IMG/VR virus record: IMGVR_UViG_3300017767_000012
Span: 1-58,787 of that record
Reading direction: 5' to 3' (one strand)
DNA from: a virus
Taxonomy: Duplodnaviria > Caudoviricetes
DNA: 58,787 bases
The position numbers and the translations under genes are program-made. Below are positions 29,133 through 41,400 of the stretch, one piece after another. Numbering within the stretch: position 1 is the first letter of the stretch; the number at the start of each line of letters is the position of its first letter. The notes below the pieces were generated by a model. That model was given only the letters and a program-made list of their open reading frames with translations. It searched no databases and was not told where the DNA came from.

Positions 29133-29300
29133 CTATGTATTTAGTTTCCTCAATTCCTGCAGCACCTGAAGTAGCGTCATTTTTATCTCTGCCATTTCAG
29201 ATTTTAATGATTGCATGTCACTTTCCTGTTTAGTTGGGGTATCAACCTCAGTGAAACCGTGGTATTTCAGGAATTCAGAATGCGGACTTCTACCATTCAT
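29133..29300 (-). CDS. Hypothetical 55-aa coiled-coil protein
   Basis: Manual: MNGRSPHSEFLKYHGF...SLKSEMAEIKMTLLQVLQELRKLNT; ATGA coupling. Confidence 0.6.
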   Translation of the reverse strand: MNGRSPHSEFLKYHGFTEVDTPTKQESDMQSLKSEMAEIKMTLLQVLQELRKLNT

Positions 29301-29509
29301 AATTTACTTGCTATTTTTGATAACATATCTTTTATGTCAGATATGTCTTTCTTCATATTATCTATCTCTAATCTTTCCATCTTTTTTTGGGAGTTTCTTT
29401 GCTGGTAAGCAGCGAAAGAGGAACTATCAGTATTAATGATAGCTCCTGTGTTTTTATCTCGACAAAAATTAGGATGTCCTTCAACTGGGATTAACGATGA
29501 TTTGGTCAT
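29297..29509 (-). CDS. Conserved 70-aa protein downstream of the VrlC-like gene
   Basis: IPVEGHPNFCRDKNTGAIINTD plus C-terminal coiled coil. Confidence 0.8.
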   Translation of the reverse strand: MTKSSLIPVEGHPNFCRDKNTGAIINTDSSSFAAYQQRNSQKKMERLEIDNMKKDISDIKDMLSKIASKL

Positions 29510-32500
29510 GCTACTGCGATCACTCTTAGGTTTTTAATCACAGGATATTTAGATTGGTTAGTCCCTGTAAAGACTATCTTAATCTGGAATCCAGTGAAAC
29601 TAGGGAGATTGTCTACTGTATACTGATATTCACGATAAACAGTATCATCAGGTGGAATAAAGAGATCTGGTAGACCGCTATTATTCTTGGGATCAATAAT
29701 TTGATCACCAACACCATCTCCATCTATATCTACGAGGTTTAAGAAGCCAGGAAATAATTCAAATCCTGGTGTAACTTCGCTAGAATCTGCTCTTAGAGTA
29801 CTATGTAGAACTCTGAAATCAGTTGTTGGTGGTCTACGACTATCGAAGATCACTTTTAATGATGTAGCAGGATTCTTAATGTAGATAGGATTAGACATGT
29901 AGTAAGAAGCATGTGGATCGTTAAATCTTTGCTTCGCTCTAGGGTCAGTTAGATAATCTGTTATTGGGGCATTTAGTCTGTTCTCATAGAATAGAGAAGA
30001 GGCACCCTCAAGATCAACAGTAGGTGAGTTGTAATCATCTCCACCGTTATCTAATTCAACAGTAATTGTATGCGATTTAGATCTAGTAATAGAACCTAAT
30101 TTATTAGATTCATTAACTCTAGCAGCAATAATTCTTGTTGATTCTAACTGATTAATTCTATTCAGTCCTATGTTTTCAAAACCAGCATCTACAAATGATG
30201 CTTCACCACCATCAACAGATGTACCCGAAATACTCCTCAATTGGAGCGAAAGGAAATCTGTAGATCCAAAGGTGGTTGCTTGTAATAAAGGTCTTACAGC
30301 GTCATACTGAATGTTCTTAGAAGCATAAACAGAGTTACCACCACCAGATGCTTCTTCAGCAACCGAGAGTTGTGGAATATTGTTAGTATTGTCATCAGTG
30401 CCTCTGCTAGTTCCTCTATCGATTTTGATGTAATATTCATCAATACCAACTTGAGAAGTTTCGACACTATGCTCTGTATTAATTCTTGTTAAAGAAATAC
30501 CATTTAACTCATACTTGGTGACAACATCACCTTTAATATGATTTAAAGCATTGGTTCCATTAGAACCTCTGACTACACCACCAAGACTAGAAATACCAAC
30601 ACTAGTGTAAGATATAATCTCACTATTCATGAAAGCATACCCAGTATTAGCAGCACTAACTACAGCACCTTCAAACTCAGCAAACTGACTTGTTGATGCA
30701 ATAGAAATACTAGTTTCATTAGAAGCAACATCTACACTCAATTCTGTAGGAAGAACATCAGATTTGGCATCAGAAATGATAACCTTATTACCTGTTCCAT
30801 ACATTCCATGATTTCTATGATCTACCTTAAGGTACTCACCTGTGTAGTTTCCTCCTTGCTCGTCATATTGCCATATGTCAAGTCCAGAATCTATAACTGA
30901 ACCAGTGCTATGAACATAAGTTAAATCATTAGAAGTTACATCGAATTCCTGTGCCTGAACATTTGTTAGATACAGAGTATCAACTCCCGATATAGAACTA
31001 ATAGCAACACGAGCACCAGAACCAGCATTACCTGTACCTGCAGTTGCAAGTCCAATAATATCACCAACTTTGTAACCATTACCATCATTTACTACAGTAG
31101 CAGCAGTGATAGCAGATAGTCCAGCTGAAACAGTGACATTTAAAGTTAGTCCAGAACCATCTCCAGTAATATTGTAAGTACTGACTGGGTTTGTAGGAGT
31201 TCCATGTCCTGTACCACCAGTTAGAATACCAATAGTACCATCAACTGGTCCTCCTTGATCATCAACAAATGCATAGCGATGAGACTGATTACTCTCACTA
31301 ATCTTTCTTCCCTGAGTAAATACAGTTCCAATTAATCCAGCATTAGTTGTGGTAGTAATACCAATCTTAGCTTTCTTAGGAAGACCTGTAATAGGGTTGA
31401 AGTTTAGAGGAGGAACTTGACTATTATTTGGTTCAATAGGTGGATTAAAGAATGTTAATAATCCTCTATTTGCTGTATACTTTGCTCTATAAAGTTTGAA
31501 TGTCAAATCTTCAAACTGAGATGGAGTCCAAGTAGATCCGTTCTGAGATTTAAAGAGTGAACCCATAGCAAATTGCTGTGAGTAAATCTTACCTTGAGCA
31601 GAAGGAAGAGTCTGTTGGTTCAGAGCTTTCTGACCCATTTCACCACAGAATACTTCATACTCATCACTATCTGATAATAGAACAATAGCAAATTGTGAAC
31701 TAGGTTCTAAGTAAACAGGCGATGGGAAAACAATAGTTGTTGCTACACTACCATCAGTAGATGTTGTTATGTCAGATGGACGCAATGTTACCATTGCATT
31801 TCTATGAATAATATTAAGTGTAGGTAAACCTAACTCAACTGTTCTAATCTGAATATTTACTGGAGTTGTACCAGAAGTAACTTGGGAAAAGAAAACATCA
31901 AGTTTAGTAATCCATGCACCTTCAGGTCCAGTGATAATAGATTGTGCAAGAGGGTCTCTATCTCTCTCACGAATAATTGTATTAGTACGCTGAATAACCC
32001 TTGTTATGTTATTAACAACAGTTCTAGTTCTGTCAATAACTCTAGTGTTATTGATAATAACAGGGGGTGGTGGAGGTGGAGGTGGTGGGGGTAAGGGGTC
32101 GGATCTTTGTATATCAATCGTCGATAGATTAGTTACTGTGGTAGTTTCTAGAGTTGTAATTCTAACATCAGTCTGAACAAGTCGTGTAGTACCAGTTGCT
32201 AAGAATCTACCAATACCACTAGAAATTAATGTGCTGCCTGGTAAAGGAGTGGCATTTGTTTCACTGGAAGTTAATTTAAAGTCTCTGTTACCAGATCTAA
32301 TTCTTACCTGAGGTATAGGAGTTGCATTGGGATCTCTAATCCACATTGCACCAATTAAATCACCAAAGTTATCAGAAACTAATCTTACTCTTGCTACACT
32401 TGCTTGAGCACCACTGGTCAATCCTCTAAGAACCATATTAGTTGGTGCAAATCCAAAGAACGCTCCTTGTGCTTGCTCACAGAGTCCAACAGTATCAATA

Positions 32501-35500
32501 TTTAAAACTGTTGATGCTTGTGAATATCCATTTGGTAATGTAGAACTTGGGTCATATGGATTAATGTCATATGTTTCTGTAGGATTAGAGAATGGTCCTT
32601 TCTTATGATTTGGAGCAGCTAGTCTAAATTCAAAGGCAGTTGCACCAATAGTTCCTCTAATCGTTTCTCCAATCTGGAATGATCCTGTAACATTAAATAC
32701 TTCTAAAAGTTTAGGTATAACATCTATACCGCCAATGTTGTCAAAGAATGGATAGAAATTAGTAAGTGCTTTAAGACCTACTGCAGAAAACTCTACATTT
32801 CTAGAACGACAGAATGGATCAAAATTTTCTTCTGCAATAAATGTATTTTCAGAACGAATATCATCTCTTTGTACAGTTCTACCAACTTCAGCAGTTGTTA
32901 CCGTTGCAGATCCACCACCATTACCTTCACGAGTTACTGTAAAGTTAGCAGCAACTTGGTTGTTAAAGACAGTAATACCAATAGTATTTCTGATAACATT
33001 TTGTGTTCTTCTAGTATTGATCCAATTATCAACAGATGGAGTTAAACGAACTTCTCCAGTGTATGCAACAACATGGAATGGGTTGATGTTGTTTGTTTTA
33101 GTAGCAAAATTCTGCTCAATATAAACTTCATCCTCATATTTTAGAGTAAGAAGATTACCAGTTTTTTGTGTATTTGTGTCATCAAGTAAATCAAAATCAG
33201 TACTGTAATCTAATTGCTGCACTGATACATCTGTCTTAGGAGCAACTTGTAAGTTAACAGACTCAAATTCTCTCATTGGTCTAAGTTCTTTGAGATCTAC
33301 ATCAATCTCAGCAGGAGAACTTGCTGACATGAAATCGTAACTACTAAATGAATCTACAAAAAATCCTGATTTGAATCTATCAAAACCTTGAGCATCTCTA
33401 ATTTGGAGAGCTTCTGCACTCTTTTCCAAAAGATTCAATGTAGTTATCTCTTCTAAATTCTTAACCCTATCAGCAATTTTGCCGATATCTTTCATAGTAT
33501 ATCTACGATTCTGTTTTAAAAATACTCTTGCATCTTCTATATTCTTAAGATATGCAGGAAGAAGAAGCGTAGCAATTTCAATACATTTATCTTGTGATTC
33601 TGGGGGTAATGGTTGTCTAGAAGGTGTACCTCTCAACAATAAGAACTCACCGTTTTGATGTAAAACTAATTTGTCTATTCTAGGAAGATAATAATTATAG
33701 TCAAATACAACTGACTCATTAGGTGTTAAAAGTCTATCTGGTTTTCCAGTAAAATCTCTAGAAGTATAGAAGAATGGAGATACTGTAGCAGACGCTGGAT
33801 CGTATACGGAAACCTGTGGTCTAAAATCTAATACATCATGTGCAGGAGTTCTTGATGGTCCTATTGATGGAATATCATTTTTATATCTTTCTGCACCGTA
33901 ACTATTAACAGTAAATATATCTCCAGTATCACCACTAGGAACATCATATCTGTTGTATATGATTAATACTTTTCTATGAGGAACAAATGCTCCAGAGTTT
34001 CTAACAATTCTAGAATAATCATAGTACTGATTCTTTTGTCCTTTGTCTAGCATGTAACTGCTAGTAATATCATTATACTTACCAGGTGTTGTTGCTTGAA
34101 CTGTAGCAACAGCAGTTGATTCTTCAAATTCTAATAATTCTAATAATGTAAATTTGTTATCGGTAAGATATACAATATTAATCTGATTATTACCAGAATC
34201 AATAGAGACTACTCTAGCGATTGCTTTACTAACCTTTCCTGCAATTTTTTCACCAATAATTGCTTCAGTAAAAATATCATCAGTAGATGTGAATGTTATT
34301 TTATCAAGTACAGGTGTGTTAGTGTCTAAAGACTCATAGACTGCAACAATATCAGTAGCATCTGGATAGTTTAAACAAATTTCTTTATCTTGAACTCTAA
34401 CACCATATAGAGCACTATGATTCAATCCATCGTTAATACTAGTTCCAGCATTAGTTCCAGATCTTTTATTTGCAGATCTTGTAATTTCTGTTTGTTGACA
34501 TCTCTTAAATTCTTTAACTTTGTTTTTAATATTTGATTTTTGAACAGTAACATTTACTCTAATATTACTCTGACTTGGATTCAATCCATATAATGTAATA
34601 CTAGTTCCAGTTATTATGATTTGATCTTCAGTAATAGATTGTATAGTTCCATTTGAATATGCCACAGAATATCTTTCTTGATCAAAAGCAACAAAAGTTA
34701 CATCATCAAGATTGACTGAGGTTATTGGAAGAACTAATTGACCCAATGAATTACTACTTTCATTAGTTACTTGAGAACTAAGGAATAGAGTAGAATCACC
34801 AAAATCTACATTAGAAACTCCTATATCTGGAATTCTAGAAATTAAAGATGAATTCTGTAATGAAACATCCTGTACACCTCTATATCCAATACCATCAAAT
34901 GCTTTTACTCCACCATCAAACACATCGGTAACAGTTGTCATTGTACCGACTTTCATTGTTTGTCCATCAGCAGCAACTTCTAGAACAACATTACGAGTAG
35001 GAACATCCAGAGCAGCACCTGCTGTATTTGCAGCAGCACCGTAAGTAAATATATCACCTGGTTTCCATACTAGGAAACTGTCTGCCCTTGGAGAAGTAAC
35101 TGTACCATCAGAAGCAACATTAAATTGACCGTTTCCAAAACCAGTAGGAATTACTTGATTTAATTTTTTAGTAGCAGTGAAACTATTTCCGCTTTGAGCA
35201 AAATCATATACATCATTAATACCATAAGCAGTTATTTTCTCAATAGTTCTTGATACAGTTTCGTCACCATTAATACTAATTTTTTCACCTTGTCTAAAAG
35301 TTCCTGAAGTTTGAGTAACTTGTATGCTGCTAGATCCAGCACCTGCAATAACAGCATATCCTTCAGCACCACTTTCTTTACCAACAATATATCCAGATTG
35401 ATTAAGTTCTGATGCACTTACATTATCATTTAATTTTAATGATGTATATGTTTGGATATCATAAAGATATAAGTTCCAATCAGTTGAATTATTTTCATAT

Positions 35501-36837
35501 GCAGCATCTCTTAATGAGAATCCATATACCTTTGCATCACCAATTTTCTCAGCAGTACCAGCAGCAGTTGCACTCCCACCAAGAGGACCTCCCATTAATT
35601 CTATTCTATTGGTAAGTGTAGTAATACCACTTACATTGTTGACGAGGAACTTATTCCCCATTTCAAAATTAAATGATTGATTCTCAATTTTTTGAGTTTC
35701 TCTTGGTTTATCAAAATCAATTATACTAGGAGCAGTTTTATCAATATCATATCCATAAACATATGCTTTACCAGCAGTTACTTTTAAACACGCAAGATCA
35801 TCATCTGGTTCGTTGCCATCAAATGTAGTTTGTCCTTGATAGTATATACCATCATTACCAAGACGATCATTGAGACATTCAGCCATGTTAACCATGAATG
35901 GATTAACAACATAGTTTCCAGACTCATCATAAGTCCTTTTAGCAAAATAATCTCTGATCTTATTATATTCAGTATCTCTTTTTAGTGAATATATTGCACC
36001 TTCTTTAACTCTAAGTACCTCTACAAAATCAGTATCATCAAAATCTGTAATTGTTTTCTTGGCTAATGTAAGTTTTATTTGCAGTCTATCAGCACCTGGT
36101 GCTGCAAAGTTAGAAAATCCTTTTGCATTATCATATAAACTCTCATCTCCCTTCGCACTAACAGCAGTTTCTATAACCTGTAGACCAACCCTAAATGATG
36201 GAGACTGATTGTATTGATCTAATATAATTGTTTGCTTATTTACTTTTACAAATGATCCTCTAATAAAATAAACACCATCGTCAATAGAAGCTGCAGAACC
36301 TGTAGTACATGCATTTAATGCTATTGTAGATGCAAGAGTTCCACCAGCATTAATTGTTGTATTACCATAAGTTACTGATTCTTCTGCAACAAGAATTTCA
36401 CCATCTGTGAAGAATGAAAAATCTCCAGTAGAAGATGAATTAATATATTTTACATAAAAAGTATCGTAATCTCTATCTGATTGTGTAGCAGTAATATAAT
36501 TAATTACTTTTGCAGTAACTCCGCTATTTTGTCCCTTAAATCTTTTTCCTATTACATTATTAGCATAGACAGAAACATCAGTACCTAAATGTGTTGGATT
36601 AACTTGAACAGCATAATATTGTCCGTCAAATGTTGTTGAACCAGGAATGACTAATGCACCCTCTTTAAACATATGACTACCATAAGTCTCTATCTGATTT
36701 TGCAGAATAGATTGCAAAGTAGATAGTTCCCTAGCCTGAACTGGAAAACCAGGTTTGAATAGGACACGATGATAACCTTTACTAGGATCAAAATCGTCGT
36801 AATAGGGACTTACATTAAGATTAGTCTGTTGTGGCAT
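29506..36837 (-). CDS. VrlC-like large virion structural protein (2443 aa)
   Basis: TNLNVSPYYDDF, VQARELSTLQSILQNQ, APGADRL, RTYDESGNY, RFKSGFFVD, RDPLAQS, GSLFKSQNGSTW. Confidence 0.88.
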   Translation of the reverse strand: MPQQTNLNVSPYYDDFDPSKGYHRVLFKPGFPVQARELSTLQSILQNQIETYGSHMFKEGALVIPGSTTFDGQYYAVQVNPTHLGTDVSVYANNVIGKRFKGQNSGVTAKVINYITATQSDRDYDTFYVKYINSSSTGDFSFFTDGEILVAEESVTYGNTTINAGGTLASTIALNACTTGSAASIDDGVYFIRGSFVKVNKQTIILDQYNQSPSFRVGLQVIETAVSAKGDESLYDNAKGFSNFAAPGADRLQIKLTLAKKTITDFDDTDFVEVLRVKEGAIYSLKRDTEYNKIRDYFAKRTYDESGNYVVNPFMVNMAECLNDRLGNDGIYYQGQTTFDGNEPDDDLACLKVTAGKAYVYGYDIDKTAPSIIDFDKPRETQKIENQSFNFEMGNKFLVNNVSGITTLTNRIELMGGPLGGSATAAGTAEKIGDAKVYGFSLRDAAYENNSTDWNLYLYDIQTYTSLKLNDNVSASELNQSGYIVGKESGAEGYAVIAGAGSSSIQVTQTSGTFRQGEKISINGDETVSRTIEKITAYGINDVYDFAQSGNSFTATKKLNQVIPTGFGNGQFNVASDGTVTSPRADSFLVWKPGDIFTYGAAANTAGAALDVPTRNVVLEVAADGQTMKVGTMTTVTDVFDGGVKAFDGIGYRGVQDVSLQNSSLISRIPDIGVSNVDFGDSTLFLSSQVTNESSNSLGQLVLPITSVNLDDVTFVAFDQERYSVAYSNGTIQSITEDQIIITGTSITLYGLNPSQSNIRVNVTVQKSNIKNKVKEFKRCQQTEITRSANKRSGTNAGTSINDGLNHSALYGVRVQDKEICLNYPDATDIVAVYESLDTNTPVLDKITFTSTDDIFTEAIIGEKIAGKVSKAIARVVSIDSGNNQINIVYLTDNKFTLLELLEFEESTAVATVQATTPGKYNDITSSYMLDKGQKNQYYDYSRIVRNSGAFVPHRKVLIIYNRYDVPSGDTGDIFTVNSYGAERYKNDIPSIGPSRTPAHDVLDFRPQVSVYDPASATVSPFFYTSRDFTGKPDRLLTPNESVVFDYNYYLPRIDKLVLHQNGEFLLLRGTPSRQPLPPESQDKCIEIATLLLPAYLKNIEDARVFLKQNRRYTMKDIGKIADRVKNLEEITTLNLLEKSAEALQIRDAQGFDRFKSGFFVDSFSSYDFMSASSPAEIDVDLKELRPMREFESVNLQVAPKTDVSVQQLDYSTDFDLLDDTNTQKTGNLLTLKYEDEVYIEQNFATKTNNINPFHVVAYTGEVRLTPSVDNWINTRRTQNVIRNTIGITVFNNQVAANFTVTREGNGGGSATVTTAEVGRTVQRDDIRSENTFIAEENFDPFCRSRNVEFSAVGLKALTNFYPFFDNIGGIDVIPKLLEVFNVTGSFQIGETIRGTIGATAFEFRLAAPNHKKGPFSNPTETYDINPYDPSSTLPNGYSQASTVLNIDTVGLCEQAQGAFFGFAPTNMVLRGLTSGAQASVARVRLVSDNFGDLIGAMWIRDPNATPIPQVRIRSGNRDFKLTSSETNATPLPGSTLISSGIGRFLATGTTRLVQTDVRITTLETTTVTNLSTIDIQRSDPLPPPPPPPPPPVIINNTRVIDRTRTVVNNITRVIQRTNTIIRERDRDPLAQSIITGPEGAWITKLDVFFSQVTSGTTPVNIQIRTVELGLPTLNIIHRNAMVTLRPSDITTSTDGSVATTIVFPSPVYLEPSSQFAIVLLSDSDEYEVFCGEMGQKALNQQTLPSAQGKIYSQQFAMGSLFKSQNGSTWTPSQFEDLTFKLYRAKYTANRGLLTFFNPPIEPNNSQVPPLNFNPITGLPKKAKIGITTTTNAGLIGTVFTQGRKISESNQSHRYAFVDDQGGPVDGTIGILTGGTGHGTPTNPVSTYNITGDGSGLTLNVTVSAGLSAITAATVVNDGNGYKVGDIIGLATAGTGNAGSGARVAISSISGVDTLYLTNVQAQEFDVTSNDLTYVHSTGSVIDSGLDIWQYDEQGGNYTGEYLKVDHRNHGMYGTGNKVIISDAKSDVLPTELSVDVASNETSISIASTSQFAEFEGAVVSAANTGYAFMNSEIISYTSVGISSLGGVVRGSNGTNALNHIKGDVVTKYELNGISLTRINTEHSVETSQVGIDEYYIKIDRGTSRGTDDNTNNIPQLSVAEEASGGGNSVYASKNIQYDAVRPLLQATTFGSTDFLSLQLRSISGTSVDGGEASFVDAGFENIGLNRINQLESTRIIAARVNESNKLGSITRSKSHTITVELDNGGDDYNSPTVDLEGASSLFYENRLNAPITDYLTDPRAKQRFNDPHASYYMSNPIYIKNPATSLKVIFDSRRPPTTDFRVLHSTLRADSSEVTPGFELFPGFLNLVDIDGDGVGDQIIDPKNNSGLPDLFIPPDDTVYREYQYTVDNLPSFTGFQIKIVFTGTNQSKYPVIKNLRVIAVA

Positions 36838-36841
36838 CTTC

Positions 36842-38413
36842 TTAGAATTCTAATACGATTTTGATGTCTTCTTTTTGGCGTTCATTTCTTGTAATAGATG
36901 GTCTATTATCAAGGTAAATAATTTCACCTGTTCTTTTATTTATCTCAGGTCCAGCAAGACCACTTGTAAACTGTACGCCAAGGTCTACAACTTTACCAGA
37001 TGGTGTAGTTGTTGAGATTCCAGAGAAACCTCCATCTATGTTTACACTGAATCCACTAGAGATGACAGCATCACCAGCAGCAGTAAAATCAACAACTTTT
37101 GCATCTCCACCAACACCTATGTTATCAGTTTGATCATATAATGAAGGGTGAAGATAAAGATTCCTATCTTGGAAATACTTGATTACTGTTGTATTCACAT
37201 CATATGAAGCAACATAGCCTCTGGCAGTTCCAACACCAGGTATATTTTGTGTGATTTCTGAACCGACTGCAAGAGTCTGTGTAAGATCACCAGAAAATTT
37301 CAAAGCATTAGCTGCGGAATATTCTGATGTGTTAAGAACAGAAGTAGATCCAGCACCAGCAGCAACTGGATTCTTAACAACTCCTACTTGAGAGAATGTT
37401 GTGTCCGAAATAAAATCATATGTAGAATTATCAAACCTAGTATAAATCAAAACTTTATCAGTTCCTAATTCCTTATAAAGATCAAATCCATGACCATTAG
37501 AAGGAGGAATAATCGGTGTTAATTTAGCAAACTTTGTAGCACTACCATTAATAGAAGAAAGATCAACCCTACCATAACTGTAACCTTGTCCTCCTGCAGT
37601 CACTTTTGCATAAATTAATTGACCATTGGTATTGGTCTGAACTCGGACTTTACCCCCAGTTCCATCACCTAGTATATCAACTTCTATCGGAGATGCAAGG
37701 AAGGAATAACCCTCACCTTGAGCATCAATAGAAACAACTTTAATTTGATTGTTATTTACCGTAGAATCTCCGTTATCTCGAACCACTTTGACTTCATTCT
37801 CAGTGCTTGATGACCATTCATTAGGAACAGCAACATACTCAGTAGAGTCAAATTTTACAATATCAGCAGGAGGAACCGTAAATAGATACTTCCACAAATA
37901 ACCGTCGCCACTGACACCAGCAGCAGATGGTTCAAGATCAGTAAATGTAGGTTCATCAAGAGATGCACCAGCAGTAGATGTAATACCTGCAGATCCGTTA
38001 TCAATGCAAATATAGACTCTAAAGTCTTTATTGATTATGTAAAAGTTTGCAGAATAGAGTCTACTAGAGTTAGAAACTAGTGATCTATTAGTTACATCAT
38101 AATCATGACGGTACATATCATATGATGTACCTTTTGTCCATTGAACTTTTCTTACTAATCTACGAACATCACCTGGTAAAACTTTTCTACCAAACATCAT
38201 CGTATCGTATACATGGTTTATGTAACTAATACTATCTGTTGGTGATGGTGGTTGAACAGTTGTACTATTCCATGTACTTGTTCTTCCATATCCAGTTTCT
38301 GTTGGATTAGCCAGACCCAAAAAAGTATAATAGGAGTTATTACCACTAATTACCGATTCAACGAAATTATTAGCATTAATGATCCTAAACTGGTCTGTGA
38401 TAATTGCGGCCAT
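36842..38413 (-). CDS. g8: Baseplate wedge subunit gp8
   Basis: MAAIITDQFR, YDMYRHDY, VYICIDNG, DGYLWKYL, QKEDIKIVLEF. Confidence 0.92.
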   Translation of the reverse strand: MAAIITDQFRIINANNFVESVISGNNSYYTFLGLANPTETGYGRTSTWNSTTVQPPSPTDSISYINHVYDTMMFGRKVLPGDVRRLVRKVQWTKGTSYDMYRHDYDVTNRSLVSNSSRLYSANFYIINKDFRVYICIDNGSAGITSTAGASLDEPTFTDLEPSAAGVSGDGYLWKYLFTVPPADIVKFDSTEYVAVPNEWSSSTENEVKVVRDNGDSTVNNNQIKVVSIDAQGEGYSFLASPIEVDILGDGTGGKVRVQTNTNGQLIYAKVTAGGQGYSYGRVDLSSINGSATKFAKLTPIIPPSNGHGFDLYKELGTDKVLIYTRFDNSTYDFISDTTFSQVGVVKNPVAAGAGSTSVLNTSEYSAANALKFSGDLTQTLAVGSEITQNIPGVGTARGYVASYDVNTTVIKYFQDRNLYLHPSLYDQTDNIGVGGDAKVVDFTAAGDAVISSGFSVNIDGGFSGISTTTPSGKVVDLGVQFTSGLAGPEINKRTGEIIYLDNRPSITRNERQKEDIKIVLEF

Positions 38414-38446
38414 TACATCTGTAGAACTAAAGGTCTAACTTTTTTG

Positions 38447-38454
38447 TATTTATA
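38447..38454 (-). promoter_or_regulatory. Late promoter TATAAATA overlapping the g7 stop
   Basis: Exact consensus. Confidence 0.75.
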
Positions 38455-41400
38455 GAAGTTTGGGCAGAGCTCCTGTTCCCCTATGCCCAACACCCCTTCG
38501 TAAAACTAGAGGGAACTTGCTAAGTTCATTGTCATAAGACAATCCCTTGACATCAAGAGCAATAGGAGATCCTGCTCTGTTTACATCGCCAAATCTTCCC
38601 CAAGTGAAGTGAGCGTAAGCAAATCCAGTGGATCCTACGCCAACCATATCACTAGTGTCAGTGTATGATGCTATGTTAGCAGTAATGATGCCTTGACGAC
38701 CACCATTACGGTAACTAATTGCACTTGCATAGTAAATATTATCTCCATAATATGTGCTGATAGAAACTATATCAGTGTCATGCGTATCAATACTTGTTAT
38801 AGCAATTCCTGCTGTATTAATACCTGTTCCATATAATTTGAATGGATAGTTTGTTGAGAATCCTGTTGCATCATTACCATTGTTAACATAATCTTGATTA
38901 TCAATTAGAATCTCAAGTGCCAAATCAGTACCGATACCAGCAGTAGTTCCTATACCAGTAACCACACCTATGTATCCAGCAACATCAGCAACTAATGGTT
39001 CTATACCAGATAGATTTTCAAAATTAACACCAGTGGCAGCAGTTGTACCAAAACCAACAGGAGCAATAGCAAGTAAACCAAACGATTCTGTTAGTAAACC
39101 ATCAGTATCTTTAAAGTTGCCAACAGTATCTACAAAAACTGCAGTATCTGTTGTAGAAAGAACTCCAATAATATTTCCAATAGGATTGATTTGAGCTTCA
39201 TATGAATCTCTTGCTTTAGAAACTAAAGAACCATCAATAAACAAATCTCCCTTCTGCTTAATCCATGTCATAGGTTTGTAGTTATCGTTACTAACACCTG
39301 GACCTTGATAGAATGGAGTTTCTACCGTAGCAGCACTATCAATTCTCTTGATAATTCTATCTTCAATTTGTGCAAAGTTTGACTGATCTTTAGTAACTTT
39401 ATTGAACTGCATTTCAGCACTCTTATCTAATCTTAAAGCGTCACCTTTCTTGATATTTTCATTAATATCAAATATGAAACTATCTTGTCCTATTGTTCCT
39501 CTGTAGAAGAAGATAACAACATTATCATTTACAGTTGGAGCACTAGAGAATTCTATAATAGAACCACCAGTAAAGACATAGTTTAAATTTGGTTCTTGAA
39601 GTACTCCGTTAATGAATACTAATAGAACAGTAGATAAATCAATTTCAGTAGAGTCTTGATCGTTTCTGTCAATTTCAAAACTGACCAACTGTGACTGATA
39701 GAATAGTGGGAATCTCATCTGATTTCCATCTTGATTTGGTTTGATGTTATCAAGATAATCAATATTACCAAACTGCCAAGAAGCAACTGTATCAGTAAAG
39801 ACTTCTATTACTTCTAGTTCAAAGTTTCTAAAGTTATCACCTGCTTTAGGATCTGTAGAAAGACCAGCAACAGTAAATACATCTCCACGCTTAAATCCAT
39901 ATCCTTTCTTACTAAACTCCCAGTTAGAAACTTCAGCAAGAGTTGATCCAATACCAGTGGCAGTTTGAATACCAGATATTTGAACACTAACAGAACAACC
40001 AACACCAGTTTCTGTTCCACCACCAATTCTTGATAATCCAACAATAGGTAGATTTTCACCGTTTGGTTCAGGAGCAAAGACGGAATCATATTCACCAGTG
40101 TATCCAGTTCCACCAGCACCAATACTGAATATCAAAGATCCACCAGCACCAACAAGAGCATTAATTTCTGCATTGACTCCTTTAGTTGGAGATGACAATG
40201 CAATACCAATAGTTCCTAATCCAGTTTGATATCCAGAACCAAAGGATAGAGGATACCATTGAGCGACAGTACCACCTTGAACATAAGTATGCCCAATTGT
40301 GTTAGGTCCGACATTTACTTCAAATGTGCGAGCAGAAACAATACCAGAGATAGGATATGCCTCATCGAAACTTGGGAATAGATTGCTTGTAACACCAACT
40401 TGAACTACTCCACCACCAGTATAATCATGCTGTAAAGTAGAGACTCCAACGAATGTTTCAAATGATGTTGTTGTTCCAACAGATCTAACTTTAAAGTGAT
40501 AACCAAATTTTCCTGTTGGATATGTTTTAGTACCATATGCACAAGTAACACCTATACCTCTCAATTTTAAACTTTCGGGAGCAACTAATCCATGATTCTG
40601 AGCAGTAAATCTAACAATACCAGTCTCAGGATTATATACTGCATTTGATACAGTTAAAGCAGCACCTGCCCAAGAATCGATATAAAGTGTGCTAGAAGCA
40701 GCACTTACAAATCTGTGTTCAAATCCACCACCAGTTCTAATCGCTCCAGTTGATGCATTGGCAAAAGTATGAGCATAGTTTCCACCACTAATAACTGCGT
40801 TTGATGCTTCATGACCTGCCATGATATCATAACGATGCTCACTAGTATCAGTTGAAATACCTGCTTGGAAAGTAACAGTTCCATTTTGTTTTCTAATACC
40901 ATTTGCTACTGAACCAGCAAATCTATGAACATATTGATCACCAGTATTAGTCTTACCAACATCTATAGCAAATGAATTTACTGTTGTACTTGCAACCGCT
41001 ACCCAATCACCGCTAATTGGATCGGTAATTCTTGGATATAAATGAGGGGTAACATAGTTATCTTGTGAACACTCAAGTTTAATTGAATTATTCTCGATAA
41101 GAACATAATTGCCGTTCATCATTCCATGACCAGTAGCAGTTACTGTCATAATACCTGCAACAGGATCATAAACAATATCTTCTGCAGTATCTAAAGTATA
41201 TCCAGCAGTAATTTTAATTGGTTGGTCAAATGATCTATCACGCTTCTGATCCATACTACCAACACCAGCACTAACGAATGTATGGTTGTATGCACCGCCA
41301 CCAACAATTACTGATCTAGTAATACTATTAGGTGTTCCTGATACAAAAGTATGTGTGGCATTGTCATATGACTTCATGCCATTGGTTCTGAATGTATTAG

